DNA from: Polymyxa betae A26-41
Lineage: Eukaryota; Protista; Endomyxa: Phytomyxea
Direction: 5' to 3'
Assembly: GCA_003693705.1 (NCBI GenBank)
Contig: RBZT01000822.1
Location: 1 to 61,890, forward strand
Length of the DNA: 61,890 nucleotides
Positions within the stretch are counted from its first letter, which is position 1. Each line of letters begins with the position of its first letter. Of this stretch, positions 11,227-24,089 are shown piece by piece. A model generated the notes under the pieces. The model ran no database searches and was not told the DNA's origin. It saw nothing but the letters and a program-made list of their open reading frames with translations. The translations under genes and the position numbers were made by a program.

Positions 11227-11695
11227 TAACAGTATCAAGCGTGGTCTGTCATCAACATAGAGTGATAGAAGATGGGGGGTTGCGGGACGCAACAGAATCG
11301 CAGTTGATAGAAGGGAACCCTTGACACGCATCAGAGTGTCCCGCATTCATCATGTCTTCTGTAATCTCATACAAACGCCAGCTTCAATACTAATTTTTGG
11401 AACAGCTAGATTTAAGACCTCAACCATGTTGTTACTCTCTTTGATTTCTGAAACAGATACCTGAATTATATTTTGCCACTTATCGCCATATCTAATGAGA
11501 AAATATGTCTTCCCCAAGCCGAGATGGTAAAAGCTAATGACAGTTTGTCTATCAGATTTCGAGGTCCGAATGTTCATGAATAACATTAGCGGCATGGCTG
11601 TTGGCAATTGCCCCTAAATTGGTCATTACAGATACGCCGCGGCCTTCTTGCTTTATCACAAATAGTGACGTCGCCTCCGACGGAGGTCGTCGCTC

Positions 11696-14600
11696 ATGAT
11701 CGATTCGTATTTCAGCCTGGTCGTATCCATCGCCATCGCTGTTATGGGCGGGTTTTGGCTGGGCCGAATTAGCGACAGAAAACGTTTGGCGGGTTCGCTA
11801 GTGGCTTAGAATATGACATGAATATGGCCCCTGATATCGAACAGGATCATCGCCTTCGGCGCCGTCCCGATCCATGAGCGTATTTGAAGCCGCCAAAGAC
11901 CAGCCTAATCCTCCTAAAACGGTTTTCGCCCCTAAATCCGTTCCGACGATTTCGCTTGGAACGAACGGGAGCGTTCGTCAACGGCTTATAGTCGTTTCTT
12001 ATCGGTGCAATAGTGTTTTTTATATGGTGGTTTGCGCCTACAACGTTTTTATAGACTTCCTATCAATGCAACAAAGAAGGACGGAGTCTGGAATATCACT
12101 TGGGATAATAGTCAGGCAGCAATATCCAACATGTCTACAATGTTAAAAGAAATGGAAATTAAATACGTTGGATTCCCAGAGTAAATACCCGGATGTAAAC
12201 TCTCTTGGCATTTGCTAATATTTTTTTAGCTGTTTTGTCCCTCGAGAGGAACAGGACGAGTTTGAGAATCAGCTGGAAAAATTCTCATGCATTCCTGTGT
12301 TTCTCGATAAGGATCTGCATGATCGCTTTTTTAATGGATTTTGCAAAAGCTTGCTGTGGCCGCTATTCCATTACCTGATGCCAACAAATCCTGAAATATT
12401 TGCAACAAAATGGGAATGTCTTTGGCAGGCCTACACCACCGTTAACATGCTCTATTCCCGAAAGGCGTGCTTTGACTTTGCAAAATAATTTCAAAGATCG
12501 CTGAACTAGTTGCAGATAACATTGGCGACTGATGACGATGAAAAAGACTTTATTTGGATTCATAACTATCACCTGCTTCTTGTTCCATCCTTTATTCGAA
12601 AGAAACTGTCTCGAGCTCGAATAGGTAAGCTTCCACCGGTTTTTTTCAACTTTCTTATTGGTTAGGATTGTTTTTGCATACCCCTTTTCCAACATCCGAT
12701 ATCTTTCGAACTCTTCCTGGAAAGACGAACATCCTTCGTGGTATCCTTTGCTCTGACCTGGTCGGCTTTCATACATATGATTATGTTCGTCATTTTCTGT
12801 CTGCCTGCAAGCGGTACTGAGAAACAGCAATCAATTCTGCCTCCACTTAGAAAACTTTCAGAGTGCTGGATTTGGACTTCGAGGCTTTACCTGGAGGAGC
12901 GCTTGGCGTGCAGTATTGCGGTCGATCGGTTTCGATCCGAATTTCCCACATGGGAATTACTACCGAGCCATTCTTCGCAATGTTGAATTCAGATAGAGTT
13001 ATTACTCTAAAGCAGGAAATTCTAGCGCGCAACGATGGCCGCAAAATCGTCGTCGCTGTTGATGAGTACGATATTGTCAAAGGAGTTCAAGTCAAATTAC
13101 TGGTGCGGCCAACCAACTTGCGTTGGTTTGGAGAAAACTGATTTATGTGTATAGGCGTATGAGCAGTTCTTGCAAGCGCGATCGGAATGGGCATCGGCCT
13201 TAACTCTGATCCTGATCGTAACACCATCGTTGAACTCGAAAGATGAACAAGAAGGCATTCGATCTTCTTCACTTAAAATTGCTGAGAAGATTCAAAACAG
13301 GTTCGATAAAAACGTCGTCCAGGTTTGGCACCGGTCTTGCTTCAAGTCTCGTCTTTGATGATGAATGAATAGATTCTTGAGCTGCCAACCATGGACCTTG
13401 AGACGCTAATCGCACATTTTGCCTGTGCCGATATCGCTCTGTTTACTTCATTTTTCGACGGCCTCAATATCTTGCCGTTCGAGTTCACTGCCGCCCAAGA
13501 GCCTGCAGATCCTGGTGTTCTGATCATTTCCGAATTCATGGGCTGCTCTAGGTCATTGAATGGCGTCATTCGCGTCAATCCTCTCGATCTCGAAGAAGTT
13601 GAAGAAGCGTTGAGCAAAGCACTGTCAATGTCCCAACCAACACGCGTTGGTACGTGTTATTCTGGTGCTGAACAAAGCATCTGGCTTATTAGATTTAGCA
13701 CAACATGCACGTCGTCACAAATATGTCTTGGCGAACACTTTTCAACATTGGGCTCGGGGATTCGTCTCAGATCTTGGTGAAGCGTCAAAGCAGTCTGAAG
13801 AGCTGAACTACGTCCAGGTCGGCTGGGGCTCTGGTGTCCGGCTGATTGGACTTAAAGCCGATTTCAGGCACCTGCAAGAGGTTGGTTCTGTAATCGAGTC
13901 TGTTTCTTTTCCACTAAACAGGCTTTAGGCCGATATTATCAGCTCTTATCGCAATTCCAAGCATCGATTGCTGCTATTTGACTACGATGGGACGCTATCC
14001 ACCAACATCGATGAAAGGCCTTCAGAATCGACCATCCGCATCTTGGGAGGATTATGTGATGATCCGAATAATATTGTTTTCATCATATCAGGGCGCGAGA
14101 GAGCCAGACTCTCGGACTGGTTCCTATCTGTTCCAAAGCTTGGTCTTGCTGCTGAGAAGGGAGTGTATATCAAAGTACTTGGTGGTCTCATTCGTTATTG
14201 CTGTTATTGAGAGTCTGCTTTACAGTGGCCTGGAGATCCCGATTGGGAGGCTTTGCCAAATATGGGCGACTTTAGCTGGATGGAGACGACAATTGATTTG
14301 ATGAAGTTGGAAGACTTTGACTATTACGTTGTCGTTGTTATAGCTTTGCTAACAGGTCATATTCGGATCGCACTGACGGTGCATATATTGAGATCAAAGA
14401 ATCCGCGCTGGTGTGGCATTATGAAAATGCTGATCCTGAATATGGACGCTCCCAGGCCAGCGAACTCGGCAAATACATCGAAAAGGTGAGAAATTGAATC
14501 TGCAGTTTTGCCTGTTGTTTACTTAATGTGTTTAGCTGTTGGAGAGCTCCCAGTCAGTCGATGTCGTTCGCTATGATTTGAACCGTATTCTTGAGGTCAA

Positions 14601-15022
14601 GCCTCGTGGCGTTAGCAAGGGTGTTACTTGCCGAAAGATTGTCAATAAGTGCGATTCCGATTCTATAATTTTACTTTTCATTTCTGACGATATGTTTTTC
14701 TCTTCAGATTAAAAATTGACAATAACTTTCCGCAATTCCTACTCTGTATCGGTGACGACCGCAGCGATGAAGACGCATTTATGGCGCTGCAATCCAGCTA
14801 TGCACAGAGCAAAGGAAAGATTTACACCGTAATGATAAACCGTTTTCAAATCTTTTCACTTTCATTAATGATCAAACATAGGTTTGCGTTGGCATTAAGC
14901 CGAGTAATGCACACTATTACGTGCATGATACGACAGAAGTGCTAAAGATCCTCAACAGCCTCGGTACGGTCTCCACTTTAACGGCAAGAGGCAGCCAGAG
15001 GACTTTCAGCAACCATTTATAA
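11696..15022 (+). CDS. Trehalose-6-phosphate synthase/phosphatase fusion (GT20 + HAD TPP), class II-like, multi-exon, with N-terminal TM exon
   Basis: RLIVVSYRLP, FNGFCKSLLWPLFHY, IWIHNYHL, FLHTPFP, LIISEFMGCSRSL, FDYDGTL, ISGR, VKPRGVSKG, IGDDRSDEDAF. First exon 11696-11783 splices in frame. Confidence 0.93.
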
Positions 15023-15325
15023 AATTTGTTCAGCCTTTTTCATCATATACACCACACTCAATCGTATAGCTTTTGATATCCTAATCCCAATCAATACAGA
15101 AAAAAACCCTTTAAATCTGATCTGATTTCACTGACCATTGCACGACATAACCAATGCACTTGCATTCGTATACCGTATCCGCTACCACATCATATAGCAC
15201 CGCATGCTCGATATAAACAGAGTCAGTGAGCTAGAAGCGACGTGGCCTTCTCATTGATAATCAGTGTCTACTGTCTCGTCGACGATGTCCGTGCTCACTC
15301 TTTATATTGATGCTGCATCCTCTAG

Positions 15326-18300
15326 ATGGTTTTAGGTGATGAGCGTCGGGCGGCGATTCTCGATGCTCTGGGCTCCAAGCTCCATCACCACTTAGATGAG
15401 ATTCGCGTCCGCGCCCTAGACAACCTACTATCGAAGCTAGCTTCGGGCGTTGTGCGCCATGATCAAGTCGCTGCGCAAGCTAACATTATCTCCGGCCTTG
15501 TACAATGGCTTCAACGTGGGCCAACCGCCCCTCGCGTGCTTGAAGTTCTCGATGTATTGACACAGCTGACGCCCTTTGCAAATCTGGCTCGATTTGGCGC
15601 CCTTCAGGCTTTGCAAGCGCTGAAATGTGATGCTACCCATCCTGCAATGCAGTCGAGAACCGATATCGCCCTTCAGGCAATAATAGACCATGGAGACAGA
15701 GCTGATGTTCTAGCGCCCGTCGTCGAGCGATCTCTGGGCCCTCCGCCAGCTCCGGCACTGGCTGCACCGCCTGCTCCTCCCCCGGTAGCTGTTTGTCGGC
15801 ATTTATCATCCGAAATTTCACACAGATTCAGGTTTCTAATCGCGACAAAAAAAGTAGTTCCGTTTTACCCGCCGTTCCCGAATCGACAATCGTAATTCGG
15901 AGCAATGCGCATCCTTTCTCAAGGCCCAGCGAGCATCTGCTGCTTGATCGACGCACCAACGTCTGGCGGTTCCCGTTCGTATCATTACCACGTAACGACG
16001 AGCGTCTGCTGTTCGATCTCTCTGTTCGGCTTAAGAGCAAAGACGCCGTTCTTGTCCAGGACACGCTTATGGAGTTACGTCGCGATACCGTTCTAGACTT
16101 CCCGTCCGAGGTCTTCTTACAACGCCCGCAGATTATCCTGGCTATCATCGGCCTTATCACAAGCTCGGGTGACGTTATTGTTGATAGACTTGCCGCCGAC
16201 GTTCTCGTCGCGATTGCTGACGGGTTGCGATCGTCTCAGCGTTTGTATGCTGACCCAACATCGAGGCCACCGCCTTTGCCGCCGCCGGTACTGGACATTT
16301 CCGACAGTGATCTTGAAGAGACGCAGTATCCACCTCGTAGTCGTCAGTTGCCGTCAGATGACAGCAGATGCGAGGCAATGTCGCTGCGCTGTAATTGGAG
16401 CATCGTCTATTTCGTCGATCTTGTTGTCGATGCTATCGTCAGCGTCTGCAACAGCGCGGACAAATTGGCATCGTACGTCCCAGTGCTGTTCGCTCTCACA
16501 ACTCTATGTGATTGGACCGATGCCCGTCTTGACGCATTGGCCGCTGTGATCCGAGTTCACCGGAGCCGTCAGCCGATCTATGCTTTGCATATTGCTCTAC
16601 GAATTGCAATTGAAGTAGCTGATACCGTTACCGGTCTCCCTGGTGACTTCGTTGATGCTCTCGGTGGCGTTCTTTGTAATGACGATCCGCCGCTGGATGC
16701 AGCCGTTCGCGCCGAACTGTTCCGCATTTTGTCGCGCTGCGAACATGATGCTGCCCGGGCATTCGCCGAAGCCAATGCCGTTGTGACGTCTTTGGCGAAC
16801 CTCAATGACGATCATATCAGTGCTGCTGATCTCGACAAAGCCGTCGATGGCATCGTCCATTGCAATGCCCTGCTGCCTGCGGTTGTGGATTCGCTTTTCT
16901 CACATCTTCCGTCTACACCCTCTCTTATATCGCCTTTACGTCGTTTGCTTTTGCATGTCGACACCGAGATTAGCGATTTTGTCATCGGGCGTCTGGTTGA
17001 TTTCATCCATTCCGGCGATATCCCTGATTTTCTTGCTGATGACTCGATGCTGCTCGGTATCATTATGGATGGCCGCCCTGCTGCGTTAGGCTTCTTAGCG
17101 GAAGCTTGCGCATCACACCCTTCCAAATTCGTGCCGCGTCTGCGCCCATATCGTATCGTTATCGATATGATGGCGTCTGGTGATTCGTCAGCGGCCGGCC
17201 TGGGGCTTCTGGCCGCACAGTGGCTTAATGATAACGAACGGCAAGCGTCCCTACTGCGTAATTTATTTCACAATGATTCTACCATTGTCCGAGATGCTCG
17301 TGACCACCTCGCCGCTGATGCTGTTACCGAACTCTGCCGTCGGTGGGACGTTGATGCTGATCGCTGCAACGACTCCATCGCCAACGTCCGCTTCCCGTTC
17401 CAGATCCAACTTCCTACAGATCCTACGCCTGATGTTGCTTTGCCATTTGCTGAGGCCGATGTTCGCAACCTCGCAGCGCTATTTGCGAATTTCGCTCAAG
17501 ACGCGATGCTGCGTGCCTCGGCCGCCGAACAGCTGAATCGCATGCTCAATACTGACAACTTCGACCAGCGCTATTCTAACGCTTTGTCCGGTCTTGTCGA
17601 CGCCTTATTCGAACAGCTATACGCTTGCTCACTGGATGTTGCAGTTGGGGCTTCCGAAACTGCTCCAATCTTATTGTCCAGTCTGCGTCTGTTATTCCTT
17701 TGTATTCGCACGTTCCTTCTTGCGCCAGACGATCGTCTTGCACCGGGACGAATACATGACGCGCTGCTCCCGTTCGTATTCCACTCCGATCCTTCGATCC
17801 GTATTCGAGTTGCCGAAATCATTGCTGTTACTGTCTTCCATCTGCATTTTCTCAAGAATGAAGACTTCTATGATCGGCAGCTTTCTACTTCGGCGGGTTC
17901 GTGCACGGTGCCTGCTGCCGTTTCACGCCTCTTTACTCTGCCTTCTGATCGTGTGGTACTCGAAGCGTCGCCTTCGGTTCCATCTACGGCTTCCCCATCA
18001 CCAGACGCCCGCGTGTCGCGAATCGTCGCTCGATGTCTTGAAAGTGAGACTGTCCCAGATCCCGTTACCCTGGAGCGCATCGTCCGCGATCTGCTGGAAC
18101 GTATTGAATCAGCTGCATCGCTAGACGATCTACTGGCCGATGTCGGTCTGCTTCATGCCTGCTGCGTCGTCGACAACGACATCAAGATCGTGTTCTGCAA
18201 TCTGGACTGGTCTGCCTATTTCCAACGTTATTTCCGAGTCGCCCCGGTATCGCGCCATGACGATTTCGTCGTCATCGCCCTGCTAAATTGCGCGCTGAGC

Positions 18301-20649
18301 GCAGGTGCTGACATCATGCCAATATTATTGGCTGTCGTTTTCCCGGTCGTTCAAACCCGAATGGATCGTCGCGCCCTTGATGTTCTTCTATTTTTGGTTC
18401 CAGTTCTTTCTAGCAATTGCGACCCGAGTCCCGATGATGCCCCCATACTATACAGATATTTGGCAGCGCTCTCTGATTCGCGCCATTATTTCCGAGCATT
18501 GACTCGATCACCACCAATGGATGCCACAGCTGATCTCGTTACAGCTTGCGTAACGTACCTCTCTCAAAACCGCCTCCCGAGCTCTTTCGACGGCGCCGCT
18601 GCAACGCGAGCTTCTGTCATGCTGCTGTGCGCCATCATGCACAGAGGCCAAATTGATTCAGATGCTTTTATTCCAGATCCTGATGCACCATCGCTTCGCT
18701 GGATGTGGCGCCTGATTACAGATCGGGAATCATCGATACGCGCTGCCGCCCTGCATCTGTTCGCCTTCCTGAACCCCGATTTGCGCTCGATTGCTACCGC
18801 ATCAGCGCCAACTGGCACCGATATCACATCCACCGCTATACGGCTTGCATCCGATCAAACACAGGCGCCCATTGTTCGTCAATCTGCATTGATAATATTC
18901 TGCAAATTTGACGATGACGAGTCGCTGTCTGCAGTTACTGCTCTAATCCCGACCTTATTGCGCGCTGATATTGTATCCCCTTCGTTCTGGATGGCATTCT
19001 TACATCTCGCTGATCGACTTCTGCAATCGCAACATGCGGCGCAGATTAAGGCCCACCTATTCGACCATGACGCCGTTGCCATCATCCTAAACCTGATGGA
19101 ACCGCGATCGCTAGAATCAGCCTGGAGTGGTTACGTCGCTCGGCACTGCTCGCAGATTGCGTCGCCCGCTGTTTGGTCGACTGTTGAATTCCCGATCGCT
19201 GTTGACTGCGGTTTGGCTGCCATTTCAGTGCTGCAACATGTCGTAGATGATGTACAATTGAACTCGCTGGTTGTGTCTGGCGCTATCCGCCTTCTTGCAG
19301 CCGTAACTGCACGACCTGATACATTACCACGAGCGGAACCTGCTCTGGCCTTTCTTCTGCAGCTTGATGCTGCTGCTGTTCTGGCCGGATTCGGATCAAG
19401 GTTACCGCTTGAAGCACTGAAACAAGTCGCTATCTGCTTGGCGACAGATAACCGTGGTCTCTGCTGCGCTTCGAGCGCTCTCATCGTCGCATTATGTAGG
19501 CAGGGGCCAGCAATCGATGCCAATACTGTCGATGTCGCTGGCGATCTATTGAGACGGCTCGTCCAGCTGATGCTGGCAGCGCTGGCAAAGCGCACGTATT
19601 ACAGTGAGGTGCGAGGTTCTTCAGCGGCGATGGCCAGCGATGATGCCGATCTACACGCCCAGGCTCTAGCGCATCTAGCATCGGTGCTTCCTGCTAATTG
19701 CAAGGCCGGGCTTCGATTCGATGGATCTTTGCGTCTCCTCATAGACCATGCCAGCTCCCTCTACAATGTTTATGTCGCCCGACGTTTTGCCGATGACGAT
19801 GCGACTCCTGTTGTATCGGACCTCGAACGCGTCTTAATCGCCATCAAATCACTGCTCTTCCACTGCCCGAACGATATTAAGGCATTCGTCCTCGACGATC
19901 TACACCTGGGTCAGCTCACCCTGAAGCTTTGGCGAATGAATGCCGAAGAACACAAGGCGCTTCGGCAGCATCTGCTGCACCTGATTCTGAATCTTATCGC
20001 CGCTTATGACCCGGCCAAACTCGTTCTGGCCGGCCTATCGAAACGCGAAAAACGTAGTGGCATTCTGTCCGGCTTGATCGAGATTGCGATCGCCGAGCCG
20101 AATGCCCTCGTTCTGCAATGTCTGCAGTCATTCGCTACATGTCCGGATATGCTCCCGGTCCTGTTGCGATCCGGCGTTGCCGAAGCCCTCGTCCGTCGTC
20201 TTCGCGTTTTAAAACGCATGAAAGCGACACCGCTCTGGGTGTTGGCCTGTATGGCGCTGACGTCTCCTGGGCAAGCGCGTCTGGCTCAGATCTTGGTCCC
20301 GGAAGCTCTTGATACCGTCCTCAATGCCGGCCGTTCGGCTAGATGCGCCATGGCAGCGTTCACGTTGTTGCACAACCTGTCCTTCTACGGGCCCGCCAAG
20401 ACGACCATCATGGGGAATCCGCGAACGTTAACGGCGCTAATCGAGGCGATCAAGACCGGAGACGAGCGCGTTGCGACGCTGGCTTCAATGACAATGTGGA
20501 GTCTGGTATACGACTGCCAGAAAGGATGTGCCATGATGCGCCAACAGCTGATCGAGAAGCGAATCAGTCTAACAACTTTGGAGTCGTCGTATCAAGACCC
20601 GATCCGCCATAATTTGGAACAGACCCGATGTCTAATCGATTCGTCATAA
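15326..20649 (+). CDS. RTTN: Rotatin-like armadillo-repeat centriole/basal-body protein, 2 exons
   Basis: N-terminal KLHHHLDEIRVRALDNLLSKL; DFPSEVFLQRPQI; LRASAAEQL; C-terminal MWSLVYDCQK. Short intron at ~15785-15825. Confidence 0.85.
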
Positions 20650-20867
20650 ACAAGGCTACAACAACATCTCTATTTTCACCATTCAGTAGACTATTCCTGT
20701 GATCAAGCATTTCGCTCAATATTCATTTCAAATCGAAGAGAACTTCAAGCGAAAGTTTCGGTTTTTGTCGAGAAAATTTTCCAAAAAAGCCCGTGACGCA
20801 GTCCGATACGACCAGTTCGGAACGATCTGTGTAAGACCGCTTGCTGGCGCCATCTTGAAATCAGGAA

Positions 20868-22073
20868 ATGAGCAAGGGCAAGCGGAACAAAAAGTCGCAC
20901 AACGGCGGTCGGCGAAAGAAGAAGCGCACTCACGTCGACGATGCCGATATCGCCCAGCATGCGTCAGCGCCTCGCTCTCTGATCTTGCGTCGCGGTGGCA
21001 CCGTCGCCCAGCCCGTCATCGACCTGATCGCCAATATGCGTATCGTTATGGAGCCGTACACGGCCCGTCGTCTCCAGGAGCGCTCCAAGACCAAGCTGAA
21101 GGATCTTTTACCGGTGACGGGCCCGCTGGGTGTCACCCATCTAATCGCCTTCTCCCAGACCGACATCGGCACCAACTGCCGGTTCATTCGCGTGCCGCGC
21201 GGACCGACCTTGACCATGCGCGTCCTGCAATACACACTGATCGCCGACGTGGCGCGAATGTCGCGTCATCCGACTCCGGTCATGCAGCACCATCTGATGC
21301 ATTCGCCGCTCGTCGTCCTGAACAACTTCGCTGCCGGTGCTGGTCGTGACGACCACACGCTGCCAATCGTGGCGGCCATGTTTCAGAATATGTTCCCGAG
21401 CGTGAACGTCGAGACCGTCAAGCTTGCTGATTGTCGCCGCGTCGTCTTGTTCTCGTATGATCGCGACCGCGACTGCATCGACTTCCGCCATTACCTGGTG
21501 ACGGCGTCGCCGGCCGGTTTAACACGAACCGTCAAGAAGGTAATCCGAGCTCGGATTCCGGACCTGAACGGCTTCGAAGATATCAGCGATTACATCCTGA
21601 AAGGGAACGCCAGCGAGAGCGAGTTCGAGGAAGGTGACGACACGCGCGTCGTCTTGCCGCAGCACTACGCCGGGCGCGGCAATCGGGAGTCCCATCAGAG
21701 CGCGATCCGGCTGCGGGAGATCGGGCCGCGAATGTCGCTGCAGCTACTCAAGATCGAGGAAGGTGTCTGCGATGGTCCTGTCATCTACAATCGATTCGTG
21801 AAGAAGTCGCCCGAAGAAATCGCCGCCTTGCGCAAGGCGTACGCCGAGAAGCAGGCAACCAAGGAGGCCAGGCGACGTATCCAAGAGGAGAACGTCAAGC
21901 GGAAGCAGCAGCTGAAGCAAGAACAGAAAGACAGGAAGCGGGCTCGGCGCGAACTACGCCAAGACGATGCGAATCCGGCCGTGTCGAATGGCATCCGCGA
22001 TGCGGAGAGCGGCACGGACGACGACGAATGGTTCCGGCGTGAGACTGGACTGGAGCCCGAGCAGATTGCCTAA
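20868..22073 (+). CDS. PPAN: Brix-domain ribosome biogenesis protein Peter Pan/Ssf1
   Basis: VMEPYTARRLQER, GPLGVTHL, RVPRGPTLT, PLVVLNNF, IDFRHY, AIRLREIGPRMSLQLLKIEEG. Confidence 0.95.
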   Translation: MSKGKRNKKSHNGGRRKKKRTHVDDADIAQHASAPRSLILRRGGTVAQPVIDLIANMRIVMEPYTARRLQERSKTKLKDLLPVTGPLGVTHLIAFSQTDIGTNCRFIRVPRGPTLTMRVLQYTLIADVARMSRHPTPVMQHHLMHSPLVVLNNFAAGAGRDDHTLPIVAAMFQNMFPSVNVETVKLADCRRVVLFSYDRDRDCIDFRHYLVTASPAGLTRTVKKVIRARIPDLNGFEDISDYILKGNASESEFEEGDDTRVVLPQHYAGRGNRESHQSAIRLREIGPRMSLQLLKIEEGVCDGPVIYNRFVKKSPEEIAALRKAYAEKQATKEARRRIQEENVKRKQQLKQEQKDRKRARRELRQDDANPAVSNGIRDAESGTDDDEWFRRETGLEPEQIA

Positions 22074-22882
22074 TTGTATAATAATCGTTCTAAACCCCAT
22101 AATCACCATTTTATAGAAAATGGATGTTGCTCTACCATGACGTGATGAGCAAGCGAGAACGCCGATGGCCTGATGCAAACGTATGATGCTGCGAAGCACG
22201 TGTCTGAAGACAGTACGGCATCTGGCGTTCAGGAGCTGATAGCGGCTGTTGTGCGGTACTTTATGGGCCATTCGAACTTGCGCTCTGCATGATGTTGAAC
22301 TTTTCCGAATTGAGTCAGGAGAGTAGTTGCGATTTCCAATTCAGATTCACTCGGCGACATCATGGATCAATCGCCCTTATATTGGACCATCTTCGATGTA
22401 GACCCGTTTTCGGTTGACCAATCAAGGTCAAAATCATGCATCATCTCGCCTCCGAAGTTTAGGCCTTCCGACTTACAACATTTATCGCTTGACAGTCTGT
22501 TTGTTACAGAAACACCGGATTCATCGTTTCTCGTAGGCGATTCCTCTAAATCTGACGGCAGCATGAGCAGCAGCAACGATTTTCACCATTTTGCACTCGC
22601 AGTAGGCTCACCGTTCCAATCCATAAACAGCTCAAGGATTTGACGCTCATGACAGGACAAGATTCACCAACAGTCTGGAGGGTGCATCTGATAATCTATT
22701 CTAATGGGTGTCTAAAGAAAGGTGGTGGGATGCGCTTGCCAAAGATATGATTTTTGATTGATTAAATTTTCTCATATCGTTTTATAATATATACGGTCCA
22801 GGTCGCCATGTGGCACTGTGAGGACCTGCGACTTAAATATGCGTGCAATTAAATAACAGGACCGCTGGTCCCCAGTTGGTCC

Positions 22883-23482
22883 TAGGCGGATTCCTTAAAA
22901 TGACCAATTTTTTTGTTCAATGTTCAATTAAATGTTCAAGTCCGTAAAATATGCGTACACAGTGAGAAACATAGTCTGCAAATTCTTTAAGGTAAAAAAC
23001 CTGATCTGCAATTAACATGCCAACGGCCAATCTTCGTCATCCGCCAATCCACGTTGATGGATTAAAGTATCTGTACTCATTAACGTACAAAAATGGCCAG
23101 CATTACTATAGAAGCAGTCATTACCTTAAATGAAAGAAACGGCCGAATCCATGCCCGGCAGCTAATGTTGTCGATCCAGAACGAACAATTGACGAATGAT
23201 TCAGCTCAAAAAAGCGGACTTGCTGCCTTAATTCCAGCACTGAGACAATTCTTGTTGTCGATGCTGTTGAAGAGGTACGTTTTCCAAAAAAATTGAATAT
23301 TTGTATCAATTGATTCTATTTACTCGTTGAAAAAGGACAAGTACTATGCTAAACAAATATACGAAATCTTGGAGCGCTATGCCCAGGCAGAAAGATAATA
23401 AAACCGAATGGCGCTAGTTTACGGACTTGAACATTTAATTGAACATTTTGAACAAAAAATGGTCAAAAAAAAGTCGGTCCTA
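22883..23482. mobile_element. MITE-like element A, ~600 bp with ~48-70 bp inverted repeats
   Basis: 22901-22949 (TGACCAATTTTTTTGTTCAATGTTCAATTAAATGTTCAAGTCCGTAAA) is the near reverse complement of 23418-23465. Possible ends TAGG...CCTA. Confidence 0.75.
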
Positions 23483-24080
23483 CCGTTTTCCCCCGCACAT
23501 AAGGCATATGCCTTATATTCAAGGGTGGATATTTTTTTGCCATTCTCGCCTACAGTAGTCTATCCCTCGAAGATAAGGCATATGCCCTGTATTCAAGGTA
23601 ACGTAAAGTATGCCTTCTATTCAAGAGTTCTAAAATTCCTTTGTTGGCGAAAGTGCGTGTGCCTATTATTCGAAGTTTTTGACATTTGTGTGTACATTTT
23701 GCAGCGCAACGCAAGCTTTCTATTCAGATGTATTTTGGAAGAAGCGCCGTCTAATTTTTTTATGGCCCACGCACCTTTATAATGGACTACAACCAAGTCT
23801 GACACAGCCGGCTTTCCTGTTCGCGCTATCTCCTTCAACAGGATCCGCATTATATTTCCATTTCAATTATTGCTCGGGGTCCTGAACCTGAATATCAATA
23901 AAAAGAGCGGTACTGACGTTGAAAACTCGATTCATTTTATTAAGCTACAAAAACCTCGAGTAAAGGGACCAGAATCCAATCCCTTGAATAGTGCGCACAC
24001 CACGCAGTTTTCGAATAGAAGGCCCATGTGCCTTTTACTCAAATAACAAGGCACTGTGCCTTATGTGCGGAAGAAAACGG
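23483..24080. mobile_element. Tc1/mariner (Tc2/pogo-like) MITE B, 598 bp, TA TSD
   Basis: TA|CCGTTTTCCCCCGCACATAAGGCA ... TGCCTTATGTGCGGAAGAAAACGG|TA: 24-bp TIR with 2 mismatches. Subterminal ATAAGGCATATGCC repeats. Confidence 0.85.
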
Positions 24081-24089
24081 TAGGTACCG

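Noticed and set aside
12741-12749. GTATCCTTT U12-type donor
   Set aside because: Lies within conserved coding sequence (RGILCSD); no intron is needed.
15785-15895. Programmed frameshift or pseudogene in rotatin
   Set aside because: The ORF overlap is resolved by a short in-phase GT-AG intron.
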